DNA of 63,992 bases, the filler included, from Octopus bimaculoides (lineage: Eukaryota): NCBI RefSeq assembly GCF_001194135.2. It is 6 parts of 6 records of this genome, joined end to end, with 100 filler letters (N's around TTAATTAATTAA, not from the genome) between each part and the next. Parts side by side here need not be neighbours in the genome. Positions count along the whole stretch, not along the records: positions 1 to 24,816 come from NC_068989.1; 5 more parts are not named here. One strand, 5' to 3'. A model generated the notes under the pieces. That model was not told the DNA's origin. It made no database searches and saw nothing but the letters and a program-made list of their open reading frames with translations. This document shows, one piece after another, positions 12,754-24,916 of this stretch. Within the stretch, counting starts at the first letter, position 1. Every line of letters starts with the position of its first letter. The translations under genes and the position numbers were made by a program.

Positions 12754-13672
12754 ACATCAGGGCATACAAGAATCATAATAATCCTTTCCACTAAAGGCAC
12801 AAGGCCTGAAACTTTTGGGGAGGTAAGAGCTAGTTGATTGCGTCAAACCCCAGTGTTTCGTTGGTTCTTAATTTATCGACCCCGAAAGAATGAAAGGCAA
12901 AGTCGATCTCGGCGGAATTTGAACTCAAAACGTAAAGACGGACGAAATGCCGCTCAGCAGTTTGACCGGTGTGCTAATGATTCTGCCAACTCACCGCCTT
13001 AACAACAACAACAACAACATACCTTTCTTCTATAGACACAAGGCCTGAAACTTTGGGGGAGTGGGGAGGGCTATTCGACTTTATCGACCCTAGTGCGTAA
13101 CTGGTATTTATTTCATCGACCCCGAAAGGATGAAAGGCAAAGTCGACATCNNNNNNNNNNNNNNNNNNNNNNNNNNNNNNNNNNNNNNNNNNNNNNNNNN
13201 NNNNNNNNNNNNNNNNNNNNNNNNNNNNNNNNNNNNNNNNNNNNNNNNNNNNNNNNNNNNNNNNNNNNNNNNNNNNNNNNNNNNNNNNNNNNNNNNNNNN
13301 NNNNNNNNNNNNNNNNNNNNNNNNNTATATATATATATATATATATATATATGACGGGCTTCTTTCAGTTTCCGTCTACCAAATCCACTCACAAGGCTTT
13401 GGTCGGCTCGAGACTATAGTAGAAGACATTTGTCAAAGTTGTGCCACGGTAGTGGGACTGAACCCGGAACCACATTGTTGGAAAGCTAGCTTCTTACCAT
13501 AAAGCCATGCCTGCACCTTGCACAAGACATTTCGTACTTCTCAAGTATATATAAGGGTTCTAGACAGGAAAACGTTAAACACTGATAGTCAGTCACTCGA
13601 TTAAATGAATTCTCTATTCACGGAATTATAGAATAAATGACTACAAATACCAAATATGTGTATCCTTTAGGT

Positions 13673-13947
13673 CAGGGGTTTTCAAACTTTTTGACTTGCG
13701 GACCCCTTTATATTTCAGGCTTTACCTTAGGGACCCCCTTATAAAAGCTTATGAAATTTATACATAAATATTTGCTTAAAATAACATATATTTTTACATT
13801 TATTTATTTAACAGTATTTAACAAATAGGTTTATTGTCGATTAAAAGATTTCGATTAAAAAACATATATAAAATCAAATTGCCCATAAAAAGTATTTGCT
13901 GTCCACGTACCCACTGTGGTCCGGATACCACAGTTTGAAAACCCTTG
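13673..13947. mobile_element. hAT-type MITE
   Basis: TIRs CAGGGGTTTTCAAAC / GTTTGAAAACCCTTG (14/15 match). Left flank CTTTAGGT, right flank CTTT then a gap, compatible with an 8-bp TSD. Confidence 0.75.
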
Positions 13948-14209
13948 CTTTNNNNNNNNNNNNNNNNNNNNNNNNNNNNNNNNNNNNNNNNNNNNNNNNN
14001 NNNNNNNNNNNNNNNNNNNNNNNNNNNNNNNNNNNNNNNNNNNNNNNNNNNNNNNNNNNNNNNNNNNNNNNNNNNNNNNNNNNNNNNNNNNNNNNNNNNN
14101 NNNNNNNNNNNNNNNNNNNNNNNNNNNNNNNNNNNNNNNNNNNNNNNNNNNNNNNNNNNNNNNNNNNNNNNNNNNNNNNNNNNNNNNNNNNNNNNNNNNN
14201 NNNNNNNNN

Positions 14210-14275
<66 letters not shown>

Positions 14276-14681
14276 CGTGTTTATTATTTCCGTATGTTTA
14301 ATTGAGTAATCTCGAACTGTCCAGATGTACGTCACGAGGAAAGTGGCACAGAGTTACAACAAGGACATAACAATCAGTCATGTCACGCTTGAGTTGCTAT
14401 TATTTTTAGTCATTTAGTGCAATACATTCTCACTACGACACGTTCATAGTAATGACTACAACGACAACAACCACAACACATTACTTCCTCACATCAACAC
14501 CATCAGCACCATCAGCACCATCAGCACCATCACCATCACTCGTAATAAACAGCAACACCACAAACAACAATAACCGTTACCACATCAAACAACAGCCATT
14601 TAATAATATAGCAAGAAATTATGACCGAGAATACAATAACAACAACAACAACAACAACACCAAAGTAATAATAATGATAAT

Positions 14682-14883
14682 AATCCTTTCTGCTGAAATT
14701 TGTGGGGAGGGGAATAGTCGATTACATCGACCCCAGTACTCAACTGGTACTTATTTTATTGACCCCGAAAGGATGAAAAGCGAAGTCGACGTCGACGCAG
14801 TTTGAACTCAGAACGTAAAGACGGAAGAAATGGCGCTAAGCATTTCGCCCGGGGTGCTAACGGTTCTGCCAGCTCGCCGCCTT

Positions 14884-14884
<1 letters not shown>
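14682..14884 (-). mobile_element. SINE family B copy
   Basis: Same consensus as 11612-11840; flanked by (AAT)n and (AAC)n(AAT)n. Confidence 0.8.
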
Positions 14885-14957
<73 letters not shown>

Positions 14958-14960
<3 letters not shown>

Positions 14961-16676
14961 GAGTTAGAACCAGCGGAGAGCTACAAATACCTAAAGGTAC
15001 TTGAAGGGGACGGAATCAGGCATTCAGTGATGAGGGAAAAGATCAGGAAAGAATGTTATCGCAGGGTGAGAGCAATACTCAAGACAGAGCTGAATGCAAG
15101 AAACAGTATCGAAGCGATCAATGCTTTAGCCATATCAGTCTTGACTTACAGTTTCAATATCATTAACTGGTCAATAACTGAAATGTGTAATCGTGACAGA
15201 AAAATACGAAAACTGTTGACAATGCATAAAATGCACCACCCCAAGGCAGATATAGAACGACTTTATCTGCCAAGAAAAGAGGGAGGCCGTGGACTTTTAC
15301 AACTGAAATTAACAATGAAGATTGCCACAATTGGCCTAGACACCTACCTGAAAAACTCTGATGACTGGATGTTAAAACTTGTCTCAAAACATGAACACAA
15401 GAAAGCATCATACTCATTAACAAAATAGGCAAAGGAATATCTAAGTGAATTCCAAATTCAACTAAGTCCGGAATTAGACATACGAGAAACAAGCGCAGAA
15501 AAAGCTAAGTGCATGAAAACCCGTGCTAAAACTGATTCCTTAGATATTCTGACTGATAAATGGCAGGAAAAAACCTCTCAATGGCAAATGCCCAAAGAGA
15601 GCGAATAATGCCGATGTTGACCTATCAATGGCTAATTTGTTAAATGCCGACCAAGTAACACCAGAGTGGTTGACAATGGGTAGGACAGTGCTGTGCTTGA
15701 AAAACATCGAAAAAGCAATATGGTAGACAATTACAGGCTGATATCCTGCTTGCCACTTATGTGGAAATTATTAACTGGAATAGTCGCAGAGTCAATGTAC
15801 TGACATCTGGAAAAAAATGGAGACCTGTTACAAGAGCAGAAGGGTGGCAAGCGTAAGTGCAGAGGTACCAAGGATCAACTCCTGGTAGACAAAACTGTAC
15901 TTAGAGACTGCAAGAGGAGGAAAGCTAACTTGGCTATGTCATGGCTCGATTATCGTAAGGCGTACGATATGACCCCACATTCTTGGATTATGGAATGTAT
16001 GAAGCTATTTGGTATTGCATCGAATGTTGAGCGATTGCTTGGAAAAAGTATAGCGAACTGACAGCATATGGAAGCAGTTTAGGGACAATAGAAATCAAGA
16101 GAAGCATCTTCCAAGGGGACTGCCTGTCCCCACTGATCTTTGTACTGTGCATGATACCACTAACAATGATTCTGAAGAAAGCAAAGGCTGGGTATGTATT
16201 CAAAAGCCGCCAACAAAAAGTCAACCATTTGTTATTCATGGATGACCTTAAACTTTATGGTAAAGATGAATCCCAAATGAGTTCCCTCGTTGATACGGTG
16301 TATACTTTCAGTGCTGATATCAGAATGGAGTTCGGATTGAAAAAGTGTGGTGTGTTAGTCTTGAAGAGAAGCATCATCGAAAATGATAATGCAAAGATCC
16401 TATGGGATTTTATGATTCAGTGCGACCATGAGATAGAGAATAGGAAGCCAGACATAGTGTTAAATGAGAAAGAAAGCAGACGATGCTGGATCATAGATAT
16501 AGCATGCCCAGCTGACAAGGTGTGCGATAAGGAAGAAAGAAAAGTCAAATAGATATGACAGGTTAGCTTGGGAGGTCAAGCAGTTGTGGTCAATGAAAAA
16601 ACTGGTAGTAGTACCAATAATTGTCGGAGTCCTGGGAACAGAGAGTAAAACTCTTGAGAAGTACTTGGAACAAATA
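14958..16676 (+). pseudogene. R4/Dong-clade RLE non-LTR retrotransposon fragments in scrambled order: post-RT/thumb piece (14958-15632), RT piece (about 15635-16369), RLE endonuclease piece (16370-16676)
   Basis: YKYL..KIRKLLTMHKMHHPKADIERLYLPRKEGGRGL; [41 protein letters not shown]; ILWDFMIQCDHEIENRKPDIVL..IIDIACP (PD..D RLE motif). Internal stops and frameshifts; begins directly after (AAT)n. Confidence 0.85.
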
Positions 16677-17323
16677 GGTGACGAAAAATGGTGCATGTAC
16701 ATCAATATGAAGCAGCGTAAGGAATGGCTTAGCCCCGGTAAACAAGCGACACCACGCGTGAAACAAGATCTTCATTCGCGTAAAACGAAGTTGTGCGTAT
16801 GGTGGGACTGGGATGGGATTATCTATTACGAATTGGTTGAACGGAACCAAACGGTCAACGCGGAACTCTATGTTCAACAGATGGAACGACTCAACACGGC
16901 TATTCAAGAGAAAAGACCTCATCGGCAGCATGGAGTTCTGCTGCACGACAACGTTCGCCCTTATATGGCCAATATGACCAAGGAAGCCATTCAAGCGCAT
17001 GGCTGGGAAGTGCTGCCACACCCGCCGTACTCTCCTGATTTGGCACCAACGGATTTCCACCTCTTTCGATCTCTTTCAAATGCTATGCGCGGAGTTTCGT
17101 TCAATACTGATGCAGAATTGAGAGCTTGGTTGGGTCAATTTTTCGAGTCGAAATTGGGTGATTTCTACCAACGAGGTAATGAAAATCTTGTTAAACGTTG
17201 GGAAGAAGCTGTAAACAACAAGGTTGAATACATTATTGATTAATTAGTTGTTATTTTTTATTAAACCTTTTAAAAAATTTAAATTAAAAAAAAAACGGTG
17301 GGAACTTAGTTGCCAACCCAATA
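16677..17323 (+). mobile_element. 3' half of a mariner transposon with an open DD34D catalytic domain and right TIR
   Basis: GDEKW..KLCVWWD..LLHDNVRP..HPPYSPDLAPTDFHLF (34 residues between the second and third Asp); stop at 17241-17243; ends GGGAACTTAGTTGCCAACCCAATA. Confidence 0.9.
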
Positions 17324-17478
17324 TATATATATATATATATATGTATTTATGCTCAAATGTTTATAGACTCATACTTACAGATATTCACGCACATGTGTGT
17401 TTAGTATGTATATATGCTATATACATGCATGTTGGAGTACCTATGTGCATACACATACATATATACATGCATGCATGC

Positions 17479-17569
<91 letters not shown>

Positions 17570-18193
17570 TTACACGTATACATGTGAATATAGATAGACT
17601 GTTAGACAAACAAACAGACGCAAACACAAATATATTTCTGCATACATTCCTGTGTGAAACAGGAGCCAATCATTTCCTTTTTAAGCTTCCCGAGTTAAAG
17701 TTAGGTGTAAAGAGCTCTAATTACAACTTGTATAACCAGATTTAGTCATATATTTTTTCTTCCTTTTGTTGTTAGATATGCCTTCACAGAAGAAGAAATT
17801 CCATTCTGATATAGATATTAAAAATAAAGTATATATTGCAATTTTATGCTGCTTATTTGTTCCCAGTGCCACAATATGACACCAGCACCATTCTTAATAG
17901 CATTTTGTAAAGAGAAAATGTGTTTTACTGAGATGCATGCAGAGTTTCCTGAAGAAACAGAAAATCTCTAAATTTATATCTTTTATATTTATTCGCCAAC
18001 ATCTCAAGTAAGACGGAAGAGATTTAAATTGTACATAGGAAAAGTGGATGATTGGGTTGGTTTGAATTATTCTTTATAGAAAATGTTTGGAAATATATCT
18101 AAATTTTCTAGAAATGTACTTCTAAGAATTTTGAAAGGTGGATCTGTATAAGGAGTGTCTCTTAATGTTTAAATAAAATAAGAACGTACTTAC

Positions 18194-18311
18194 ATATTCT
18201 CGATACGTTTCGGCTGATTGTCGCCATCGGAGAACACTTTCTCACTTTAAGATGATAAGGAGGTGTTCTCCAATGACGTAAAACAACAGCGATCAGATAT
18301 TCAGGTCCAAT
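18194..18311 (-). CDS. Candidate exon 3 of an unidentified gene (IGPEYLIAVVLRHWRTPPYHLKVRKCSPMATISRNVSRI)
   Basis: Acceptor TTCCAGCAG (NAGNAG; alternative start 18314), strong donor AT|GTAAGT; only one frame is open and it enters in phase 0. Confidence 0.5.
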
Positions 18312-19353
18312 CTGCTGGAACGTATTAAGAATAAATAGATACGTTATTGTTTGAGTTCTAGCTATCCTGCATGCATCTCATCAATTTTAATGAAAAGTTG
18401 TATGCAAATTATAACGTAAATAACTAAATCAAGTCATATTAAATTTTCTTTTATGGTTAGATATAGTCTCACCGAGAAAGAAATTCCACGCTAGTGTGAA
18501 TATTAAAATAAAATTGTGATTGAAATGTGAGAAGCATATGCTGAAATCCACAGACTACAGACGGACGAAGAGGATGAGGATGAATTGTAGTAGTAGTAGT
18601 AGTAGTAGAAAAAGAATAAGAAGGAGGGGTAGTCAGCTACTGCCTTTAAATATCTAAAACTGTTCGAGAGAACCTTTTTTTCTAGGAGGAAAAAAAAAAT
18701 CGTTTTTTCAACAAGAAATCGTTCTTACCAATATTCTTTTATTTTTTTTTCGTTTATTTATTTCAATCATTAGACTGCGGCCATGCTGGGGGAACCGCCT
18801 TAAAGAATTTTTAGACGAATGGATCGACCCCTGTACTTATTCTTTTAAAGCCTGTTACTTATTCTATCGATAACTTTTGCCGAACCACTAAGTTACATGG
18901 ACATAAACACACTAACACCAACATCGGACAAGCACAGACACAGACATACACACACTGATATATNNNNNNNNNNNNNNNNNNNNNNNNNNNNNNNNNNNNN
19001 NNNNNNNNNNNNNNNNNNNNNNNNNNNNNNNNNNNNNNNNNNNNNNNNNNNNNNNNNNNNNNNNNNNNNNNNNNNNNNNNNNNNNNNNNNNNNNNNNNNN
19101 NNNNNNNNNNNNNNNNNNNNNNNNNNNNNNNNNNNNNNNNNNNNNNNNNNNNNNNNNNNNNNNNNNNNNNNNNNNNNNNNNNNNNNNNNNNNNNNNNNNN
19201 NNNNNNNNNNNNNNNNNNNNNNNNNNNNNNNNNNNNNNNNNNNNNNNNNNNNNNNNNNNNNNNNNNNNNNNNNNNNNNNNNNNNNNNNNNNNNNNNNNNN
19301 NNNNNNNNNNNNNNNNNNNNNNNNNNNNNNNNNNNNNNNNNNNNNNNNNNNNN

Positions 19354-19410
<57 letters not shown>

Positions 19411-19439
19411 ATAGTTGAAGAAAAACTCACTGAAAATTA

Positions 19440-19788
19440 TGTTCTGATCATGTCAGAGATAGATTTGAACCCTATAAAGAACATTTGGTCATGTATTGAG
19501 CGCAAATTTGTTGGAAAAAAAATTTTGCGAGTTCTGATTAGCTCAGGGAAATTGTGAAAATTAAACGGGATGGTAGTCGCATTTCCTACTGTGGGAAACT
19601 ATGTGGTAATTTTCCGAAATATTGGGTAAGCAAAAGAAAGCAAAGGGGACATACTATTTCATATCAATATGTGGAGGCATTTTTACGTGTTATTTCGCTT
19701 TTTTATGAAATTTTAATATATAATAAAATTGTTATGACAAATAGTGTTTAAAAATTGATCGTGCCTTTTTTTTTTTGCGTAGTAGTGT
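19440..19788 (+). mobile_element. Tc1-like 3' fragment
   Basis: DLNPIKNIWSCIERK (DLNPIENxW motif), followed by a TIR-like end TTTTTGCGTAGTAGTGTA. Confidence 0.5.
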
Positions 19789-19905
19789 AAAGAAATTTTT
19801 TGCCTGGGAGAGTCAATAAATACTGTCTCTCTGTCTCATATACACGCGCGCGCACGCGCGCGCACACACACACGCACGCACGTACACACACATTCACTCA
19901 TTCAC

Positions 19906-19952
<47 letters not shown>

Positions 19953-20002
19953 CATAAGTGAATGAATATCTATACATATATATATATTTGAGTGAGTATC
20001 TA

Positions 20003-20070
<68 letters not shown>

Positions 20071-20131
20071 TAGATATATATGTATAGATGTCTATATCTA
20101 TATATAAATATAGGTATATGTTAAATATATG

Positions 20132-20176
<45 letters not shown>

Positions 20177-20177
20177 A

Positions 20178-20267
<90 letters not shown>

Positions 20268-20384
20268 NNNNNNNNNNNNNNNNNNNNNNNNNNNNNNNNN
20301 NNNNNNNNNNNNNNNNNNNNNNNNNNNNNNNNNNNNNNNNNNNNNNNNNNNNNNNNNNNNNNNNNNNNNNNNNNNNNNNNNNNN

Positions 20385-20436
<52 letters not shown>

Positions 20437-20535
20437 GGCATGCATACACACACATGTATGCCTGCACAAACAGACACATTATCAACACGCACTTGACCGT
20501 AACTGGCCTTCTCTACCTACCTTCCTACTACCAGA

Positions 20536-20583
<48 letters not shown>

Positions 20584-20770
20584 AATCCTATAGATGACAC
20601 TTAAAAATCGTCCAGTTTCCCAGAATAAATGAGATGATTTATAAAACTCCCTTTGGAATTTCTTGATAACGATGCAAAATGTCTGAGTAGAAGGAAATCG
20701 AAATAACTACTTGGTATAATAATTATCTAATTTGACATACAGCAGACTGAAATAAGCTGAGGCTAGCTAC

Positions 20771-20815
20771 CTCAGCATGTGAATAATATTCCTGTAACAT
20801 GCAAAACCATTGCTC
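20771..20815 (-). CDS. Candidate exon 2 of an unidentified gene (EQWFCMLQEYYSHAE)
   Basis: Acceptor CTGCTTTCCCAG|, donor GAG|GTAGCT; 45 nt, phase 0/0. Confidence 0.45.
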
Positions 20816-21206
20816 CTGGGAAAGCAGACGACCAAAATGGTTAAGTGCAAAATTCGATAAAACATTTATTTCTATTTAGTTACATTTATTGTTTAATGTA
20901 TTGTGAGGTGTTATTTTGTGTGTATGTGTGTGTGTGTTTGCTTCGTTTCAATATTGTTTTTGTTGTTGTCGTTGTTGTCGTTGTTGGTGGTGGTGTTGTT
21001 ACTGGTTTTGCTGTTTAGGTTGTTTGTTTGTGGTTGTTGATTGAGTTATTTGTTCCGTTGTGCTGTTTGTTTCTTTGCTAGGTAATGAAGATGCTCCTTG
21101 TTGGTTGGTGGTTGTTCTTAATGGAGACTACTATTCCTGTTGTTATTGCTAATGATCATGGCTACTGGTGCCAGTGTCATCGTCGTTTTGAATGGCTACA
21201 GTGGCC

Positions 21207-21274
<68 letters not shown>

Positions 21275-21349
21275 ATACATAAATAAATATATATATTTGG
21301 CAACTGTAACACACACACACATGTATGTATGTATGTATGTGCGTGCGTA

Positions 21350-21380
<31 letters not shown>

Positions 21381-21975
21381 TTGCGTGTATTGGTAAGCAG
21401 AAGTACTCATTAAAAGCGTTAAGTACAATAGTCTACTTAGGCCGATCCTATTGCCTGTTACACAGCATGTAGCAAGATTTTCGATCAAGTCGGTTATTGT
21501 ACGAACACACACACACACACACACACGCACACACACACACACGCTCACACACGCACACACACACGCACACGCACACGCACATATATGTATATACACACAG
21601 ACATATATTTACACACGCACGCACGCAGTTGTTATAGATTTGGTAATACTATTTGAGGTGGGGGCAAATATTCTGAATGGCGGGAGAAGCAAACAGGAGG
21701 CGGAGTGCAACAAGCTCCACTTCCTTGAACACCATTGACCACCGCTTTAGTAACTGCTAGTAACGTCATCATCATTATCATTGGACAGAAAACCCGCCCA
21801 TGATTCCAAAAGAGAAAGATCAGATCTTTCCACCAGCAGCACTACTACTCCATCGCATCGTAATATACATGAAATGGAAAGAGAGCAAGGAAAGGAAGAA
21901 GAACAAGAAAAGGAAGAAGAGCAAGAAAAGGAAGAATGTTTGCCTCTCAGCATACATTTAAGTATTTGGACTCAC

Positions 21976-22098
21976 ATGGACCGGTTTCTGGGCTGGCATT
22001 ATAGCCTCACCCTCCTCAGCACTCATTACCACGATGGAGAGCCCCAACCCATCACGTTGAAGTCTGCGCTGCAACTGATTCGTTTTGCGCCGACTCAT
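21976..22098 (-). CDS. Candidate initial coding exon of an unidentified gene (MSRRKTNQLQRRLQRDGLGLSIVVMSAEEGEAIMPAQKPVH)
   Basis: ATG in GCTGCC-ATG context, 41 codons, donor CAT|GTGAGT in phase 0; unique, GC-richer sequence amid repeats. Confidence 0.5.
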
Positions 22099-23141
22099 GG
22101 CAGCGACCAGTGTGAAAATAATTTCAATACAGAGCAAATATTTGCGAAGATATTATTGACTCTATTATTATCAAGTGTAACAATTAAATATGATAATAAC
22201 AGAATCAATAATATTGGCGATTGCAAGCTCAAAAAAGCATGAACTAGCTGAAGGATTAAAATTAATCAAAGGACATACTTAGTATGTCCTTTCATTAATT
22301 TTAGTATACATATGTATATGTATGTTTGTGTATATGATTGTGTGTCTGTGTTTATTCCCCCACCATCGCTTGACAACCGATGCTGGTGTATTTACGTCCC
22401 CATAACTTAGCGGTTCGGCAAAAGAAATCGATAGAATAAGTCCTGAGGGCGACTGGCTCGACTAAAGGCGGTGCTCCAGCATGGCCGCAGTCAAATGTCT
22501 GAAACAAGTAAAAGAATAAAGGAATAAAAGAATAATTTGGGAATGATATAAAGTTGTTTTGACCGATTGGAGCGTTTATTCATTGTATCTTTCAATTTAT
22601 TTCTCCTTTCGTCTCGGTGTCACCTGAGCACTTCCAGCTGCAGTCCTATTTTATTTTCATTCTTCGGTATAACGAAGTTATAGAATTATCCTCATATATA
22701 TATATATATATATATAGCAATAAGAAAATGGAGGAGAATATGCAGTATCCATTGACTTGCAGACAATGTATACCGTTGATTAATCTGTTTATTTTTTTAA
22801 CTAAATTGACAAAAACCACAATATACAGATACTTATGACATACTATGTCATATTAACAATTAAGGTTACAAATATAAAGGACATTTAGCAATTGGAGAAG
22901 GGACAGAAACTTACAGCTGTTTNNNNNNNNNNNNNNNNNNNNNNNNNNNNNNNNNNNNNNNNNNNNNNNNNNNNNNNNNNNNNNNNNNNNNNNNNNNNNN
23001 NNNNNNNNNNNNNNNNNNNNNNNNNNNNNNNNNNNNNNNNNNNNNNNNNNNNNNNNNNNNNNNNNNNNNNNNNNNNNNNNNNNNNNNNNNNNNNNNNNNN
23101 NNNNNNNNNNNNNNNNNNNNNNNNNNNNNNNNNNNNNNNNN

Positions 23142-23174
<33 letters not shown>

Positions 23175-23841
23175 TACATACACAATACACACACGTGTAT
23201 ATATGTACGTATGTATGTATACATGAATGTATGTATGAATGTATCTATCTAGATATTAAATCAATAATAAGTAATATTATAAGCTAACCTGTATGTAATT
23301 ATTTTGACAGTAATTCAATATTTATGTGGGTGGGATACTTCTCTTATCTTGCTTAGGTTTTGATGTTTGTTATAATATACTTTGCATTGAATAAAATGCA
23401 AACCTTAAACTAACCAAAGCACAACACCTCTTTTCAATTTGTTTTGACCGTGTTTCTTAGTATTTCGTTAACAATGCAGAATATTTCTTTGTCACATTTG
23501 TAGATGATATCCTCATTAGAAGGATCACACGCACGCACGAATACACATGAGCACACACGCACAAATAGACGAGCGCGCACACATATCCACACGCACATAT
23601 ACACACACTCAATTTCAATCACATTCTCTCACCCACTTACGCATACGTTTCATACATGTATATGACTATATACACAGGTGCTGACATTCAAAACTGTATA
23701 AAACATATATACATACATAGGTACAGGAGTGGCTGTGTGGTAAGTGCCGGGTTCAGTGTCTTCTACTATAGCCTGTTGCCGACCAAAGCCGTGTGAGTGG
23801 ATTTAGTAGACGGAAACTGAAAAAAGCCTGTCGTGTATATG

Positions 23842-23888
<47 letters not shown>

Positions 23889-24157
23889 NNNNNNNNNNNN
23901 NNNNNNNNNNNNNNNNNNNNNNNNNNNNNNNNNNNNNNNNNNNNNNNNNNNNNNNNNNNNNNNNNNNNNNNNNNNNNCCCCCCCCAACATCGCCTGACAA
24001 CCGATGTTGATGTGTTTACGTCCCCGTAATTTTGCGGTTCGGCAAAAGAGCCCGATAGAACAAGTACTAGGCTTACAAAGAATAAGTCCATCCATCCACC
24101 CACCCAAACACCAGCCCACCCATCCATCCATCCATCCATCCATCCATCCATCCATCC

Positions 24158-24670
24158 TACGCTGAGAATACCTTCGCTGAACTATTGAGAAATCTGCAGT
24201 TACTCCATCCAGATTACAAGCTCAAGTGTATACCTATAATCACTGGGGATCCTGGGATACGTAAAACACTGCCTAAATACCAATTTTGAGAAATTAGGCA
24301 TCTCAAAACCTGAAAGGAGAAAGCTGATTCGAAGACTACAGATCCATTCCATCACTGGAACTGTAAAAATCTGTAAAACTTTCCAGATGTTTATCATTCC
24401 AATATGTATGAGCATGATTAGATATCCAACTATATGCACGAGAATAAATACATAAAACAAAACATAAAATCCGCACATATACATACATATATACATACAT
24501 ACATACATACATACATACTTACATGCAAGCATGCATACATACGTACATACATACATGCACACACACATACATACAAAAATACCTTGTTGTTGATGTTGAA
24601 ATTCTAACGAAGGAGCCTCGGATCTAGGTTAGAAACCGGCTCTTTCTCTATGGGCAAGAAATCTTGAAAC
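24158..24670 (+). pseudogene. 3' end of an R4-clade RLE retrotransposon (second lineage), with 3' UTR interrupted by (TACA)n
   Basis: [52 protein letters not shown], homologous to the C-terminus at 28720-28960 (-). Shared 3' motif GTTAGAAACCGGCTC at 24628-24642. Confidence 0.7.
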
Positions 24671-24816
24671 AATGGCATACATGCATACATACATACATAC
24701 ATGCATGCATGCATACATACATACATACATACATACATACATACATGCATGCATACATACATACATACATACATGCATACATACATATATACATACATGC
24801 ATGCATACATACATAC

Positions 24817-24916
24817 NNNNNNNNNNNNNNNNNNNNNNNNNNNNNNNNNNNNNNNNNNNNTTAATTAATTAANNNNNNNNNNNNNNNNNNNNNNNNNNNN
24901 NNNNNNNNNNNNNNNN
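24817..24916. other. Artificial scaffold linker (44 N + TTAATTAATTAA + 44 N)
   Basis: Exact 100-bp unit; the 12-mer places stops in all six frames; identical units occur four more times. Confidence 0.95.

Noticed and set aside
14802-15428. 208-aa ORF with a poly-Asn tract
   Set aside because: It is a chimera of an antisense SINE, an (AAC/AAT)n tract and a LINE fragment.
18194-18295. Minus-strand GCCGAAACGTA resembling a hammerhead 3' half, plus a small GGAGAACAC/GTGTTCTCC hairpin
   Set aside because: No CUGANGA core; the segment is better explained as part of the candidate coding exon.
21781-22242. 153-aa plus-strand ORF with an EEEQEK repeat
   Set aside because: Driven by a simple GAA-rich repeat, no recognisable domain, and antisense to the better-supported minus-strand exon.
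24861-24872. Regularly recurring TTAATTAATTAA as a biological repeat or CRISPR-like unit
   Set aside because: Always centred in exactly 44+44 N; it is an assembly linker. No CRISPR array exists in the window.
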